Shown: positions 39,745 through 50,850, numbered from the stretch's first letter. The stretch: 64,000 nt of DNA from a virus (IMGVR_UViG_3300028584_001240); one strand, 5' to 3'. A program made the numbers and translations. The notes: generated by a model not told the origin, from the letters alone.

Positions 39745-40320
39745 TCACGCCTCTTTCTTATGCTCAATCAATAACTGATTAAAATATTCTAACTTATAAT
39801 CTATCTTAGCTAATTCTTTTAACAATTTATCCCTTTCAATTAATAACACGTTTTTAGAAAGGATTTGATTGTCATTAAGTGATACTATCTCATTGTTCGA
39901 TAACATCACAGAATAGCTACGATATGAGCCAAAATCTTGCGTGCTTAATATTTTAACAATCTTCAATCCATTTAATTCTGGAAGCTCGGGTGTGTTCACC
40001 ATCATATCGAAAAGTGGATCTTCACCTTTTGACATAATAGATTTATAATTCCTTGACCAGTATAGCTTTAAGAAGACAGCATACACTGGGAACAACACAA
40101 TGTTACTGACCCACAACAAAACTAAGCCCAGATAAGACAAAGCACTACCAATCGTCAAATAGCCTTTCAAATAATCATAATCAGCTTTTAACTCAGTAAA
40201 GATTTTTCCACTAATAGTCAGTGAGGCCAATACACCACACCATTGAAAATAACTCATCTTTGATTTCTGTGAAAAAGGAATATCCTTAAACAACTCTTTA
40301 AACATCGATCTCTGGCTCAT
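39745..40320 (-). CDS. Membrane-associated hypothetical protein
   Basis: Hydrophobic segments in N-terminal half; GGAG SD. Confidence 0.75.
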   Translation of the reverse strand: MSQRSMFKELFKDIPFSQKSKMSYFQWCGVLASLTISGKIFTELKADYDYLKGYLTIGSALSYLGLVLLWVSNIVLFPVYAVFLKLYWSRNYKSIMSKGEDPLFDMMVNTPELPELNGLKIVKILSTQDFGSYRSYSVMLSNNEIVSLNDNQILSKNVLLIERDKLLKELAKIDYKLEYFNQLLIEHKKEA

Positions 40321-40741
40321 TTCGTTTTAACTCCACGGTTCCTTCTTTAAACAATATAGCAAATAAAAAGCTGAACAACAAGCCGATATTGATGACATAA
40401 TTAAAGATGAAAGATGAATTAACATTATCAATTAAAACAATTTTAATGTTCAATAATAGAATATTCTTAATTTTATCAACTAATAGTTCTTTCTTATAGA
40501 GAGAATCTTTATAAGATTTGAATGCTTGATCGGAAAGTGCTTCCATATCAGCCTTGAAATAATAAGGCTTTGCCATCAACATTTTTAATTTCTCTTTATT
40601 CTCAAGACTGGCTTGTGGGACAATATAACTATTGACTATACCATCCATGTTGCTCTTGATAGTAGAGTAAAACATATAGTTAAACCCATAACATAACAAC
40701 ACTAAAAAAAACATAAAGTAATATTTACTACTAATTCTCAT
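40298..40741 (-). CDS. Membrane protein (2 TM)
   Basis: N- and C-terminal hydrophobic helices; GAGG SD. Confidence 0.75.
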   Translation of the reverse strand: MRISSKYYFMFFLVLLCYGFNYMFYSTIKSNMDGIVNSYIVPQASLENKEKLKMLMAKPYYFKADMEALSDQAFKSYKDSLYKKELLVDKIKNILLLNIKIVLIDNVNSSFIFNYVINIGLLFSFLFAILFKEGTVELKRNEPEIDV

Positions 40742-40864
40742 AACAACCTCTCTTTACAGTTAAAAGGAATTTACCACAAAATATCAAAAAATCAATGTTG
40801 TTTCGTCATTGTTTTTACTTAAAATAATAGTAATATAGAGTAATAAACAAGTATCGGACACCAC

Positions 40865-42088
40865 ATGAAAAATACAAATGCCAATATACTGGTATTGTTG
40901 AGTAATCACCTTTTCTTGAAAGAATACCTTTTAAAAATAGGTGTTATCGAATCAAAAGATAATAATATCAAAGGTAAGATTAACACGTTTTCTGTCAGTG
41001 AGAATAATTTGAACTTTCAGTTGACTGAATATTATGCTGCAGTTGACATAAAAATAATACTGTCATTTTTCCTACCTCACTTTACTAAAAATGAAATAAA
41101 ACAAGTTATATCCATGTTTGAATTTCATCATAATCTTTTTTGTGCTCCATTAGGTGAAAATGAAGTGTTTCATTTTGTTGTCACTAATAATCATGTTACA
41201 TTTAGCAGCAAACTCGTTGAATTCCAAGTGACTAAGCACTCTTTTGAGATATATCAGGAATGCTCATTTTTTGAAAGTGCATATTCATTAAAAAAATTAA
41301 ACGTAGTTGATTTTCAAAAAGCAATTATTGAACAGTTAAAAAAATCGCTATCACTCTATTTCAATAAAGACATAAAAAAAGTAAACAATACAATCATTGC
41401 TAATGTTGTGAATGAATCTATTCAAGATTACGATGCTCGGATCAATCATAAAGCTTTTTTTAAACAGTGGACTGATCATGATTTTTGTAAGAATATCAAT
41501 AATTCAAAATTATCATATGTCTTAAAAAATTATATTTATGAAGATGAAGAGTCTGATGCGTCTCTTAGTTTTCTAGAAAATAAAGATATAGCAATCATTA
41601 AACAAGATACAGAAACCAATATTATTGAATTAGATAACTTAAAAGACAGAATATCACTCTTTGTTGATGTCAATAATATAAATGTAATGAGAACAATATT
41701 GAAGCCAGTATTTCATGAAAAAGAATTGTCTTACTTACTCTCAATCATATCCCTAATGAGTTTTATAGAACAAATTGAAAACCCTTACTCCAGACAGAAG
41801 TTAATATCTATTGAAAAAGAACCCACTCTGTTTGATTCGAAAGAATATGTATTTTGCACTAATTACATTTTCAATATAAGTTTAGGTGATTTTAGCTTGA
41901 ATATTGGTAGAGAAACTGAAATAAGGTCTTATAGCCTACATGATTACAATTATTCATCTGACAAATTCAGTCTTATTTATAAAAATCTTGTCAACCTTTT
42001 AAAAAAATGGCTAACTAAGTCATTAGATGTCGAATCCAAAGAATTAACATTTGAACATGTCAGATTACAACAAATGAAAAACTCATAA
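40865..42088 (+). CDS. Hypothetical protein, paralog of 42103..43350; C-terminal-motif family
   Basis: Shared EIKQ..SMF.FH, TFSSK, LSYLLSII.L, QI.NPY and IGR.TE; ends ELTFEHVRLQQMKNS. Confidence 0.85.
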   Translation: MKNTNANILVLLSNHLFLKEYLLKIGVIESKDNNIKGKINTFSVSENNLNFQLTEYYAAVDIKIILSFFLPHFTKNEIKQVISMFEFHHNLFCAPLGENEVFHFVVTNNHVTFSSKLVEFQVTKHSFEIYQECSFFESAYSLKKLNVVDFQKAIIEQLKKSLSLYFNKDIKKVNNTIIANVVNESIQDYDARINHKAFFKQWTDHDFCKNINNSKLSYVLKNYIYEDEESDASLSFLENKDIAIIKQDTETNIIELDNLKDRISLFVDVNNINVMRTILKPVFHEKELSYLLSIISLMSFIEQIENPYSRQKLISIEKEPTLFDSKEYVFCTNYIFNISLGDFSLNIGRETEIRSYSLHDYNYSSDKFSLIYKNLVNLLKKWLTKSLDVESKELTFEHVRLQQMKNS

Positions 42089-42102
42089 AGAGCAGGCTAA
42101 AA

Positions 42103-43350
42103 ATGAAAAAAATAAATTATAACACTGATAAATTAATGTCGAATCCAATTTTTATGAAAGATTATTTTATTTCAAACGGCATTATTGAAGTAGATAATAG
42201 AGATATTGACGACACCACAAATTGCTTTGCAATGAAAGATAATCAGCTTAGCTTTAACATTATGGAATACTATACCACGGCTAGCTTGGATCTTTGCCTA
42301 GCCTTCTTTCTGCCAAGTCTAACAGCATCTGAAATAAAACAAATAGTCTCGATGTTTACATTTCATTATCAATTATTCAGCGACTATCTACCTGAAAATA
42401 ACATCATCTACATAATGATTACAGATACTAATATTACATTTTCTAGTAAAATAATTGATCTATTGATAACAAAATCTTACTACAATATACAACAAGAGTC
42501 AGCTTTCTTTAAAAGAAACCATGCCTTGCATATATCAGTAGTGAATAAAATAAAAATAAAAGAATTTCATAAAATAATAATCAAGCAATTAAGAGTCTCA
42601 TTATCTAGTTACTTCAAGAAACATATAAAAGATATAAATGTTGAGTTAATCAACAAAGTGATTAATGAAAGTGTTGAAGACTACAATAATAGAATAAATA
42701 ACAACGTATATTTCAAAAACTATAATGATTATGATTTTTTTATAAATATTAAAAACTCTCATATAAACTATAAAACCGTTATGATAAAAGATTATGTAAA
42801 ATGCAATATGGAACCTGAACATGAATTAAAGAATGGTTATGAATTAGCTATCTTAAAACACAATCCAGAAAGAAATAAAGGTATTGAAAAAATTATAGAT
42901 AGAATATCTGTAAATGATCAAGTCGCTCTCTATATCTATACAAAGAATATTAAAACATTAAGAGTTCTATTAACACCTGTTTTTCAAGATCAAGACCTAT
43001 CTTATTTATTATCAATCATAGCGTTATTTGATTTTTATCAACAGATAAAAAATCCTTATGCTAATGAAATATTGTTGACCATCGACAAAGCTGCTAAAAT
43101 GATGATATCCAAAGAACATGCCTATACAAGTAATTCTATCTTCAATTTTTCTTGTAAAGATTTTAACATTAGCATAGGAAGAGACACAGAATTAAACACC
43201 TATGCTTTTAGTTATAAAAATGACAGTTTAGAAGCTATTTATAAAAAATTATGTGAACATATCTGCCATACGTTGGCGAAGTCTCAAGACATAGAACCTT
43301 CTGAATTAACTTATCAACATATCAAATTGGAACAAATGAAAAATTCTTAA
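42103..43350 (+). CDS. Hypothetical protein, paralog of 40865..42088; C-terminal-motif family
   Basis: Ends ELTYQHIKLEQMKNS. Confidence 0.85.
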   Translation: MKKINYNTDKLMSNPIFMKDYFISNGIIEVDNRDIDDTTNCFAMKDNQLSFNIMEYYTTASLDLCLAFFLPSLTASEIKQIVSMFTFHYQLFSDYLPENNIIYIMITDTNITFSSKIIDLLITKSYYNIQQESAFFKRNHALHISVVNKIKIKEFHKIIIKQLRVSLSSYFKKHIKDINVELINKVINESVEDYNNRINNNVYFKNYNDYDFFINIKNSHINYKTVMIKDYVKCNMEPEHELKNGYELAILKHNPERNKGIEKIIDRISVNDQVALYIYTKNIKTLRVLLTPVFQDQDLSYLLSIIALFDFYQQIKNPYANEILLTIDKAAKMMISKEHAYTSNSIFNFSCKDFNISIGRDTELNTYAFSYKNDSLEAIYKKLCEHICHTLAKSQDIEPSELTYQHIKLEQMKNS

Positions 43351-43411
43351 AAAAAAATGTAGCAATCCGTAAGAAAGCTACATTTATTTGTTTACAACTT
43401 TTACATTTCAA

Positions 43412-44245
43412 TCAAACAAGAATGGCGTTATCAATCTTAAATTCAGGTTCGGCACCGTTGAAGATGAACGCAACCTTGTTTGAAACATCAACAAAGTTTC
43501 CAAGGTCAACTTCTACAACACGACGACGCATAAAACCTTTGGAGTTTTCTTCATTCAAGAACTGTTCTGGAATGTTCGATTCTTCAGCAGTGATAAAGAA
43601 TGATTCGTTACGGACAAAAGTTCCATACTTAAAGAAGTTAGGGAGAGCATTAAAATCTACACCTTTCTTCATCAGCATTTCAATTTTATCAGCACCATTA
43701 ACACCCGTCAGTTGCTTGTGACTGAATTCAGCCATTGCTGCCATACTGATGGAGTTCTTGTAAGCATCCATTGCTCGCCACATAAACATGTTAGCCACTT
43801 CCGAGAAGTTAGGCATGTTGATAATACGGCAATCAAACGTAGGAAGCTTTTGAAGGCACTTTTCGCCCCAGTGTTCAAGAGCGTAGACCATAAACTTAGC
43901 CGTCGCAATAGAAGCTACGTTACTGACCATTTTTTGAATGCGACCATCAAAGAAAATATTGGAACGAGTGTCGCTACCGTACCAAGCAAGACTGATTTCG
44001 TCTGATTGAGTATAGCCCACCGTTGCACCGGTTTCTTTCACAAGGTACTTAGTGACTTCAATCATTGCCATCGAGAGTTTTTCATCGAAAGGCTTCTTCA
44101 TACCCTTAGTAAATTTACTAAAAGAACGACCATCAATACGAGCATAAACAGGCTGAGTACGATCAAAGCGAAGTTTTGTTTCTTTATCTTCGTAGGCTTT
44201 CATACGTTCGCCTAGCGTAAGTTGTTGCAGAGTTTGGTCTACCAT
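43412..44245 (-). CDS. tRNA(His) guanylyltransferase Thg1 / Thg1-like protein
   Basis: RMKAYE, ARIDGRSFSKFT, GYTQSDEISL, FDGRIQK, FDCR, WRAMDA..NS, FKYGTF; start moved to MVDQT (AAGGAG SD). Confidence 0.93.
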   Translation of the reverse strand: MVDQTLQQLTLGERMKAYEDKETKLRFDRTQPVYARIDGRSFSKFTKGMKKPFDEKLSMAMIEVTKYLVKETGATVGYTQSDEISLAWYGSDTRSNIFFDGRIQKMVSNVASIATAKFMVYALEHWGEKCLQKLPTFDCRIINMPNFSEVANMFMWRAMDAYKNSISMAAMAEFSHKQLTGVNGADKIEMLMKKGVDFNALPNFFKYGTFVRNESFFITAEESNIPEQFLNEENSKGFMRRRVVEVDLGNFVDVSNKVAFIFNGAEPEFKIDNAILV

Positions 44246-44304
44246 GATGTTTCTCCTTTTGGTTAAGACCCGGCTATAATAACAAAAACACAACAAAAAA
44301 TCAA

Positions 44305-45120
44305 CTAAATAGTGTACATTTTTTCCACTTGTCGATATTTTTTAACCAGAACATCAAGTTCATCAATCGTTGTATACTTAAAATTACAAAAAATGTCTAT
44401 AGACTTAAACGAGTGTCGAAGAAACGTATCTTTATTAAAATCACCCATATTGTTGGCTCTAACAAAAAGGTGCTCCATTTTATTGTTGATATAATATCTA
44501 AGGTCATAATGGAAAAACAACATATCCTCATACGACGCCCCAAAACAAAAAGATAATGTTTCTTTAAATTGAGTGCCTTTATTAGCTAAATCAATCTGAG
44601 ATAGATATAAGTCAATATGAATACTACTTTTTCTAAGCGGTTCATCCAAAACCATAATACCAGATGTTTGGATGGCCTTTTTAACCATTGGACTTAAGTT
44701 AGCAAGGATAGACTTATAAAACTCAGGTGTTTTTTCTTTTTTAAGTGGCAAATGAAAACAATCGAACACAGAATTGTTAATCTGATAATTGAACACTAAC
44801 TCAATACGTGGTAACACATATTTATCATTCAAGTAGGCAAAGAAAGGGATATAGAAATCAGATTGATGAACTCGATAGAAACCATAAAGCTGACTTTCAT
44901 AGAACTCATAGTTTTGTTCTTCTTCGTCTTGAAATTCGAGATCTGTTTGAATTTGTGGTAATATTTTCTGATGTAAGAAAATGCATTCTACATCGCCCAT
45001 CGAACAATTGTAAGATTTTGCGACCATCTCATGAACACGTTCCGATTGATAAAATTTCAATTTATCATAATTGTAGTTAAAATATTGTTCAAAATAAGAT
45101 TTAAAATGTAAACTTTTCAT
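44305..45120 (-). CDS. Hypothetical protein, tandem paralog 1 of 3; C-terminal-motif family
   Basis: Shared YGFYR...S.FY.PFF and INNS.FD..H.PLKKEKT.EFY; ends YRQVEKMYTI. Confidence 0.85.
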   Translation of the reverse strand: MKSLHFKSYFEQYFNYNYDKLKFYQSERVHEMVAKSYNCSMGDVECIFLHQKILPQIQTDLEFQDEEEQNYEFYESQLYGFYRVHQSDFYIPFFAYLNDKYVLPRIELVFNYQINNSVFDCFHLPLKKEKTPEFYKSILANLSPMVKKAIQTSGIMVLDEPLRKSSIHIDLYLSQIDLANKGTQFKETLSFCFGASYEDMLFFHYDLRYYINNKMEHLFVRANNMGDFNKDTFLRHSFKSIDIFCNFKYTTIDELDVLVKKYRQVEKMYTI

Positions 45121-45132
45121 TATTAACTCCAC

Positions 45133-45936
45133 TTAAATAAGATACATCTTTTCTACCTTTCTATATTCTTTGACAAGCGTATCCAACTCATTAATGGTCT
45201 TATACTCAAAACAACCAAAATCATTCATACCACTGAAAGATTGATTCAACATTTCAGCTTTATTGAAAGATAAGTTATTCAAGTTAATATTACTGCGATT
45301 GACCAGAAGATTTTCTACTTTTTTGTTGAGGCAATATCGAAGATAATAACGACAATGAAAAAAAGCATCAGTCACATCGTTATCTAGATTATTTTTATAA
45401 GTAATCGCAAAGGATTCATTGAAATTATGACCTCTATGAGCCACTTCCAACGTAAAATAATCAAAATCAAAATCAAAGTAAACGGAGCTTTTCTTAAACT
45501 GTTCATTCAATACCATCAAGCCCGATTTAGTGAGGATGCTTTTTATAAAGGGTTGAATATTTTCCATAGTCAATTCATAAAATTCCCGTGTTTTTTCTTT
45601 TTTAAGTGGCACATGGCGAAAATCAAAAACGGAATTGTTAATGTCGTAATTAAATTTCATTTCAACATGAGCAGTAACCAATGATGGTGAACAATGAGCA
45701 AAAAAAGGAACATAAAAATCTGAATTTTTTATCCTATAAAATCCATAGTGCTGTATTTCTTTATAGCGGTAAGTCAATGGGTTACTAAAAAGAAAGAAAC
45801 AATCGACTTCATCCAGCGTACACTCATACGAAGTAGCAATTTCTTTACGCACACAATCAGCGTCCCATAATTCAAGTTTTTCATAGGGATAATTGAAATA
45901 GGTTTCAAAGAAATGTTTAAAATGACTACGACGCAT
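45133..45936 (-). CDS. Hypothetical protein, tandem paralog 2 of 3; C-terminal-motif family
   Basis: Ends YRKVEKMYLI. Confidence 0.85.
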   Translation of the reverse strand: MRRSHFKHFFETYFNYPYEKLELWDADCVRKEIATSYECTLDEVDCFFLFSNPLTYRYKEIQHYGFYRIKNSDFYVPFFAHCSPSLVTAHVEMKFNYDINNSVFDFRHVPLKKEKTREFYELTMENIQPFIKSILTKSGLMVLNEQFKKSSVYFDFDFDYFTLEVAHRGHNFNESFAITYKNNLDNDVTDAFFHCRYYLRYCLNKKVENLLVNRSNINLNNLSFNKAEMLNQSFSGMNDFGCFEYKTINELDTLVKEYRKVEKMYLI

Positions 45937-45950
45937 TGTATAACTCCCAT

Positions 45951-46739
45951 TTAAATAACATACATTTTTTCTAGCTGTCTATATCCTTCAACAAGATCAT
46001 TCAACTCATTAATATTCGTATAATCAAAATCACCAAACTCGCTCATACCACTAAATGATTGTTCAAGCATTTTATTTTTACTAAAATTAGCTGGATCATT
46101 AGTTTCAAGAAAAAGACATTCTTTCTTATTTTTTAGATAATAATTAAGTTCATATCTATAACATTTAATGATTTCTATCTCATACGGTTGGAGTAATGAC
46201 TTTTTACTTAAATAAAAATACTCATTAAAATTTTTACCTTTATTTGAAATTTCTAATGTATAAGAAGATAAGTTAAAATTAAAGATAATAAAACTTTTTA
46301 CAACCGTCGAAAGAAGGGTTGTTAATCCAGAGTTAAAAATTAATTCTTTAATATCTGGATGTATTTCTTTTAAAAATCGTTGATAAAACTCACTTGTTTT
46401 TTCTTTTTTCAAAGGGATATGTACACAATCAAAAATTGAATTGTTAATAGAATAATTAAATGCCAAATCTACATGTGGTGTGACCAAAAAATCAGTCTGA
46501 TGAATAAAAAACGGGATGTAAAAGTTAGATTTATTAATTCTGTAAAATCCATATAATTGAATTTCATGAGAACTCATTACTCTAGTAAAAAGAAAAAAAC
46601 AATCTACCTGTCTCAGTGGACATTTATAAAAATATGACAATTCCTTTTTAATAATGTCAGCACTCTGAAATTTCAATTTCTCATAAGGATAATCAAAATA
46701 GGTTTCAAAGAAATGTTTAAAATGACTACGATTCATCAT
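45951..46739 (-). CDS. Hypothetical protein, tandem paralog 3 of 3; C-terminal-motif family
   Basis: Ends YRQLEKMYVI. Confidence 0.85.
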   Translation of the reverse strand: MMNRSHFKHFFETYFDYPYEKLKFQSADIIKKELSYFYKCPLRQVDCFFLFTRVMSSHEIQLYGFYRINKSNFYIPFFIHQTDFLVTPHVDLAFNYSINNSIFDCVHIPLKKEKTSEFYQRFLKEIHPDIKELIFNSGLTTLLSTVVKSFIIFNFNLSSYTLEISNKGKNFNEYFYLSKKSLLQPYEIEIIKCYRYELNYYLKNKKECLFLETNDPANFSKNKMLEQSFSGMSEFGDFDYTNINELNDLVEGYRQLEKMYVI

Positions 46740-46746
46740 ACAACTC

Positions 46747-47592
46747 CTAAATTTTTATCATATCACTGATTTCTTTAATTCGTTTTTTTTCTTCATTGTA
46801 AAAATCAAACAATTCAATATGAGAATCAAAATGAGGAATAACATAATCATCCACATTGTAATGTTTTTGAATGGCTACCCTAAAAGGTTCTGAAATCATA
46901 GAAGGGTTCTCTTTAATTGTTGACCAAAAATCAATACTTGTGAACTTACCAGAGATAATGCCTTCCATTGGTTTCAATTGATAACATAATTCTTCCACTC
47001 TCGCTACATTCTTCTTATATTCAATACCATTACTATAAATATTAAAAAAGAATCCTGATGTATCGCTCATGTATTGAAACTCACAATCAAAAGAAATATC
47101 AGATGTTGGTTTAGTGTTAGGATCGGTTGCTTTCAATACATGCTGCTTATATTGCATGGGTGAGTTATCTTTATTGTAATAACTGTCATACAGAATGCTA
47201 AAACGTTCAGCGTCAGCACCTAAAAATTCTTTAAATGTTTCAACATTGAAATCATCTTCACGATTATCATCAAATAAAATACTTTGGAAACGATCATTAG
47301 CAATAGAAATATTAAACTTATACATTGCTCGATAACCTTTAATATATGTACAATCTAGATCACTGTCAATGGAGAAGTCGAGAGCCATAGGCAAGCAAAG
47401 GTCTTTATACCGAACAATGACATCAATGAGCCGTTTACCACGAAAAACAACATAATTAATCACATGAATATCATTGTTAGAAAGATCTTGGATAACAGGA
47501 AAAATGTCATTAAGCACTTTGCGAGCAAAGTCATCTACAATAAAGGCTTTCTTACGCTTATTTCCTTGCTGGACAAAATCAATCATACTCAT
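46747..47592 (-). CDS. Hypothetical protein; C-terminal-motif family
   Basis: Start MSMID (AGGAG SD); ends ISDMIKI. Confidence 0.8.
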   Translation of the reverse strand: MSMIDFVQQGNKRKKAFIVDDFARKVLNDIFPVIQDLSNNDIHVINYVVFRGKRLIDVIVRYKDLCLPMALDFSIDSDLDCTYIKGYRAMYKFNISIANDRFQSILFDDNREDDFNVETFKEFLGADAERFSILYDSYYNKDNSPMQYKQHVLKATDPNTKPTSDISFDCEFQYMSDTSGFFFNIYSNGIEYKKNVARVEELCYQLKPMEGIISGKFTSIDFWSTIKENPSMISEPFRVAIQKHYNVDDYVIPHFDSHIELFDFYNEEKKRIKEISDMIKI

Positions 47593-47694
47593 GTGACATC
47601 TCCTAAAATTTGAACAATTATAACACAACACCTTAAAACTGTAAACAAAAAAGCCACAACAAACGTTATGGCTTCATTTTACTAGACAAAACAA

Positions 47695-48345
47695 TTAAGC
47701 TACCGTATCAGCAACCACAATACCATGATCAACCATTTCTTTGATAGCATTATACAAGGTTTCATCAGCAATATGACGACACGCTGATAAGTTAACCACC
47801 ACATCAAAACCGGCGAGTTTTAACTGGATTGCGGTGTTCTTAACACAATAGTCTGTTGCAAGACCACCAACCAGAACAAGTTCAATGCCATTTGCACGAA
47901 GAACTTCAATCACACCCGTAGTTTTTTTGTTGCCGAGGTCATGGTAGCAAGCACCATATGGGTGCATATGTCGTTCAATACCTTTATAGACCATAAAATC
48001 ATATTTATCGGCCTTTGGAAGTTCATCCAAGAACTCTACCCCTTCGGTACCAAGAATACAGTGAGCTTTCCAGTGAATATCCATATCACGAAACTGTGGA
48101 GCAACTGGACTGAATTGTGGATTCTTTTCATCCGCTACCCAATAAGCATTGGTAGCATGAATATCTTTTGAACCTACACGAAACCCAGCCAGCTCAGCTT
48201 GTGCGTTTAGTGCAGCAGCAATCAAATGACCACCCGCTACGGGCAATTCCTCTGGAAAGAGTGGTGTGAAGCTTTTTTGAGGGTCAACATCAAACGAAGC
48301 AATCTTAGATTTTTCTTTATTCACAACATATTGAGTAGTATTCAT
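47695..48345 (-). CDS. pncA: Nicotinamidase (isochorismatase superfamily)
   Basis: DVDPQKSF..LPVAGG, SKDIH, HWKAHC..GT.G, VYKG, GGLATDYCVKNTA; start MNTTQ (AAGGAG SD). Confidence 0.9.
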   Translation of the reverse strand: MNTTQYVVNKEKSKIASFDVDPQKSFTPLFPEELPVAGGHLIAAALNAQAELAGFRVGSKDIHATNAYWVADEKNPQFSPVAPQFRDMDIHWKAHCILGTEGVEFLDELPKADKYDFMVYKGIERHMHPYGACYHDLGNKKTTGVIEVLRANGIELVLVGGLATDYCVKNTAIQLKLAGFDVVVNLSACRHIADETLYNAIKEMVDHGIVVADTVA

Positions 48346-48403
48346 GGTGTAACTCCTTTTTTTCATTTGACCTATTATACCACATTATAATACTAAAATT
48401 CAA

Positions 48404-49192
48404 CTAAATTTGATCCATTTCTAAAACTAAAAGGGCTTTGTTTAAATCAAGTAAAATTTCGTTTATGGATTGATAGGTGTTATTAATAAAATCGGTAAGA
48501 CTGGGTTTAAGAAAATGTGACGAAAACAAATATTTCCAGTAATCTTGAACATCAAGGTTCTTTACATTAATCATAGTAAAGTTTTGAGAATTAAATGAAA
48601 ATGAATCGCCATCGTAATAAAAACTCATATTAGCATGAAATATTGTAGAAGTGCTTTGATAATGATTAATGAAATAACACATATTATTTCGCGTCAAATC
48701 AATTACGATCTTTAAAGATTTTCCATTTTTATTATCTATATGTGGATAGAAATAAAGAGATTCCAATACACCAGATAAATCAACAGAATGCTTAGTGGGT
48801 AATGTTGCAATCAATTTTTGAGTGTAATCATCTACCTGCGTTCTCAATACATTCTTCACTGGACTGTTAATGTGATGATAATCGTCATCATTAAATTTTT
48901 CGTCACGAGAATACACGACTGTATAATAAAGTGAGATATCCATCGAGTATCCTTTACTTGTTTTTGAGTCTTGAATATACCTAAATGGGATACGGAGTTC
49001 ATCAATATGAATGAAACCTTTACACTCAAAATTATTGTCTAAACAGGTAATACTGAAGACATTTATTTCAACAGACCGACCAAAATATTCATCCGCAATA
49101 GTTTTCATTAATGTATCGTGATGTGGAATGAACGAAAGTTCTCCAAAATGGGTATCGACCACTTTATGTTCTGTCAATTTTTTTTCATTCAT
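48404..49192 (-). CDS. Hypothetical protein; C-terminal-motif family
   Basis: GAGG SD; ends VLEMDQI. Confidence 0.8.
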   Translation of the reverse strand: MNEKKLTEHKVVDTHFGELSFIPHHDTLMKTIADEYFGRSVEINVFSITCLDNNFECKGFIHIDELRIPFRYIQDSKTSKGYSMDISLYYTVVYSRDEKFNDDDYHHINSPVKNVLRTQVDDYTQKLIATLPTKHSVDLSGVLESLYFYPHIDNKNGKSLKIVIDLTRNNMCYFINHYQSTSTIFHANMSFYYDGDSFSFNSQNFTMINVKNLDVQDYWKYLFSSHFLKPSLTDFINNTYQSINEILLDLNKALLVLEMDQI

Positions 49193-49244
49193 TTTGATTG
49201 CCTCACTTTCATATATTATAGCATATTTAACCTATTTATACAAT

Positions 49245-49269
49245 AAAAAAAGACCTGTTCGGTCTTTTT
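49245..49269. terminator. Intrinsic terminator
   Basis: AAAAAAAGACC-TGTTC-GGTCTTTTT. Confidence 0.75.
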
Positions 49270-49284
49270 CAATACATCAATAAA

Positions 49285-50850
49285 TTATACAGTCATACGG
49301 CTTTTAACACGATCTTGCTTATTAGCCACAAGATTTTCTGGTTTAGTATTATTCATAGCTTTTTGTTTAAGAATTTGATCTTTGAAGAATTGTTTAATAT
49401 TATCACCTTCTTTAACTTTAAATCCATGATCTTCAATTTGAAGAATAGGTAAAATATCATCAGCTTTACTTGCCTTTAATCCTTCAAGTTCTTTTGGTAT
49501 AGTGATATTAAGTTCAGTAGTTGAAGCTTGTTTAGCACTAATACCTGATACTGGCATGTCTATCAACTCAGGCTCTTCAAAGATAAATACTTCTTTGGGT
49601 ATTTTTTTGGTCTTTGACTCTGGCAAGGGTTGATATGTTTCTTTAATTTTTTTAACAAATTTAAGTAAGTCACTCGTAGTTAAATTGTCATTTTGTACGG
49701 CGGCAACATTAACAGGTTTGTCATCTTTTTCTGGTTTCACAAAAGCGTCAATAAATAATGGCTTCTTCAAGTTATCTTTAACATAAGGAACCTCTAGAAT
49801 TTTAGCAGTTGGCGTATTAACATTAATGGTTGAGTTCTCAATAGCAATATTGATTTCATTTTCAATTTGAGCTTCAACAAAATAATTATCATCATGTAAG
49901 CTAACAAGTTTATTCGTAGGAGCTGGAAGTAAAGCAGCATAAGACTTTCTCACATCACTCACTAAATTTAAGTAATCAGACTTATCCATTAATCCATCTT
50001 GGTTCATCGGAACTTCTGGTTTTTTAGCAGGTAATTGATAATCTATTGTCGGCATATTTGCTACATTGATATCTAACTTCTTAGCTTCCATAATAGGTGC
50101 AGCAAAAACAACATTCGTTAAACCATTATCAATTTCATTAGCCAATGCGGCATTTGTCTTTAATGATGAAGTAATTTTACTGTAATTCTCTTTACACTTA
50201 TCAACAAGCGTTAACAAAGGAGAAATCGCATACAAAGGCAATGAATACAAACCAGCAGTCATAATGGTTTCAACAGAACTAACTGGAAGAACATTGGTCA
50301 TACCATTAGTTAATCCGGCTGCAAGCATAGTGCCTACAACACCCGTAGCGAATGAATTGTAAAGATATTCTCTGCCTTCAAGTTTAACGTCTTCTGCAGT
50401 AATGTATCTATTTTCTTGAATGATAGGTGTTTCGAGCTTTCCAGCAATACGTTCTTTAAAAATAGATAATTTTTGATAGTCGTATTCATAATCGTTGACA
50501 GATTTTAATTTCTCACCTGATATTTTACATAAACCATCTTTCATTTTGTCATAAAGATTCATTAAAGGCGTTGCAGCAAAAGCTCCTGCGGAAGTAACGA
50601 TAGCCATTTGAGCCATTGATTTAGCCACATCAAGTGGTATCGTATTGGTGACATGAGCGAGAAGGCTACCTACGACTAAAATAGTAGAGACACCTGTGGC
50701 AAGTCCCACAACCATCAAACTCTTTTGATCTTTTTCAACATCTTTTCTTAGATATAAGGTTTTCTTTGCAAGATTTTCTTTCTCTTTATCTGCAAAATTT
50801 ATCAAATCGAGATTCAACTTCTCAGAAATGGATTTTTTAAATAATGGCAT
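49285..50850 (-). CDS. Membrane protein with duplicated hydrophobic hairpin and basic tail
   Basis: ATGV...TN..P......PL..L.DK.K....KI repeated twice; ends DRVKSRMTV. Confidence 0.8.
   Translation of the reverse strand: MPLFKKSISEKLNLDLINFADKEKENLAKKTLYLRKDVEKDQKSLMVVGLATGVSTILVVGSLLAHVTNTIPLDVAKSMAQMAIVTSAGAFAATPLMNLYDKMKDGLCKISGEKLKSVNDYEYDYQKLSIFKERIAGKLETPIIQENRYITAEDVKLEGREYLYNSFATGVVGTMLAAGLTNGMTNVLPVSSVETIMTAGLYSLPLYAISPLLTLVDKCKENYSKITSSLKTNAALANEIDNGLTNVVFAAPIMEAKKLDINVANMPTIDYQLPAKKPEVPMNQDGLMDKSDYLNLVSDVRKSYAALLPAPTNKLVSLHDDNYFVEAQIENEINIAIENSTINVNTPTAKILEVPYVKDNLKKPLFIDAFVKPEKDDKPVNVAAVQNDNLTTSDLLKFVKKIKETYQPLPESKTKKIPKEVFIFEEPELIDMPVSGISAKQASTTELNITIPKELEGLKASKADDILPILQIEDHGFKVKEGDNIKQFFKDQILKQKAMNNTKPENLVANKQDRVKSRMTV

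Noticed and set aside
44246-44304. His-codon leader before Thg1
   Set aside because: Only a promoter and SD fit in the 59-nt gap; no SD-led uORF.
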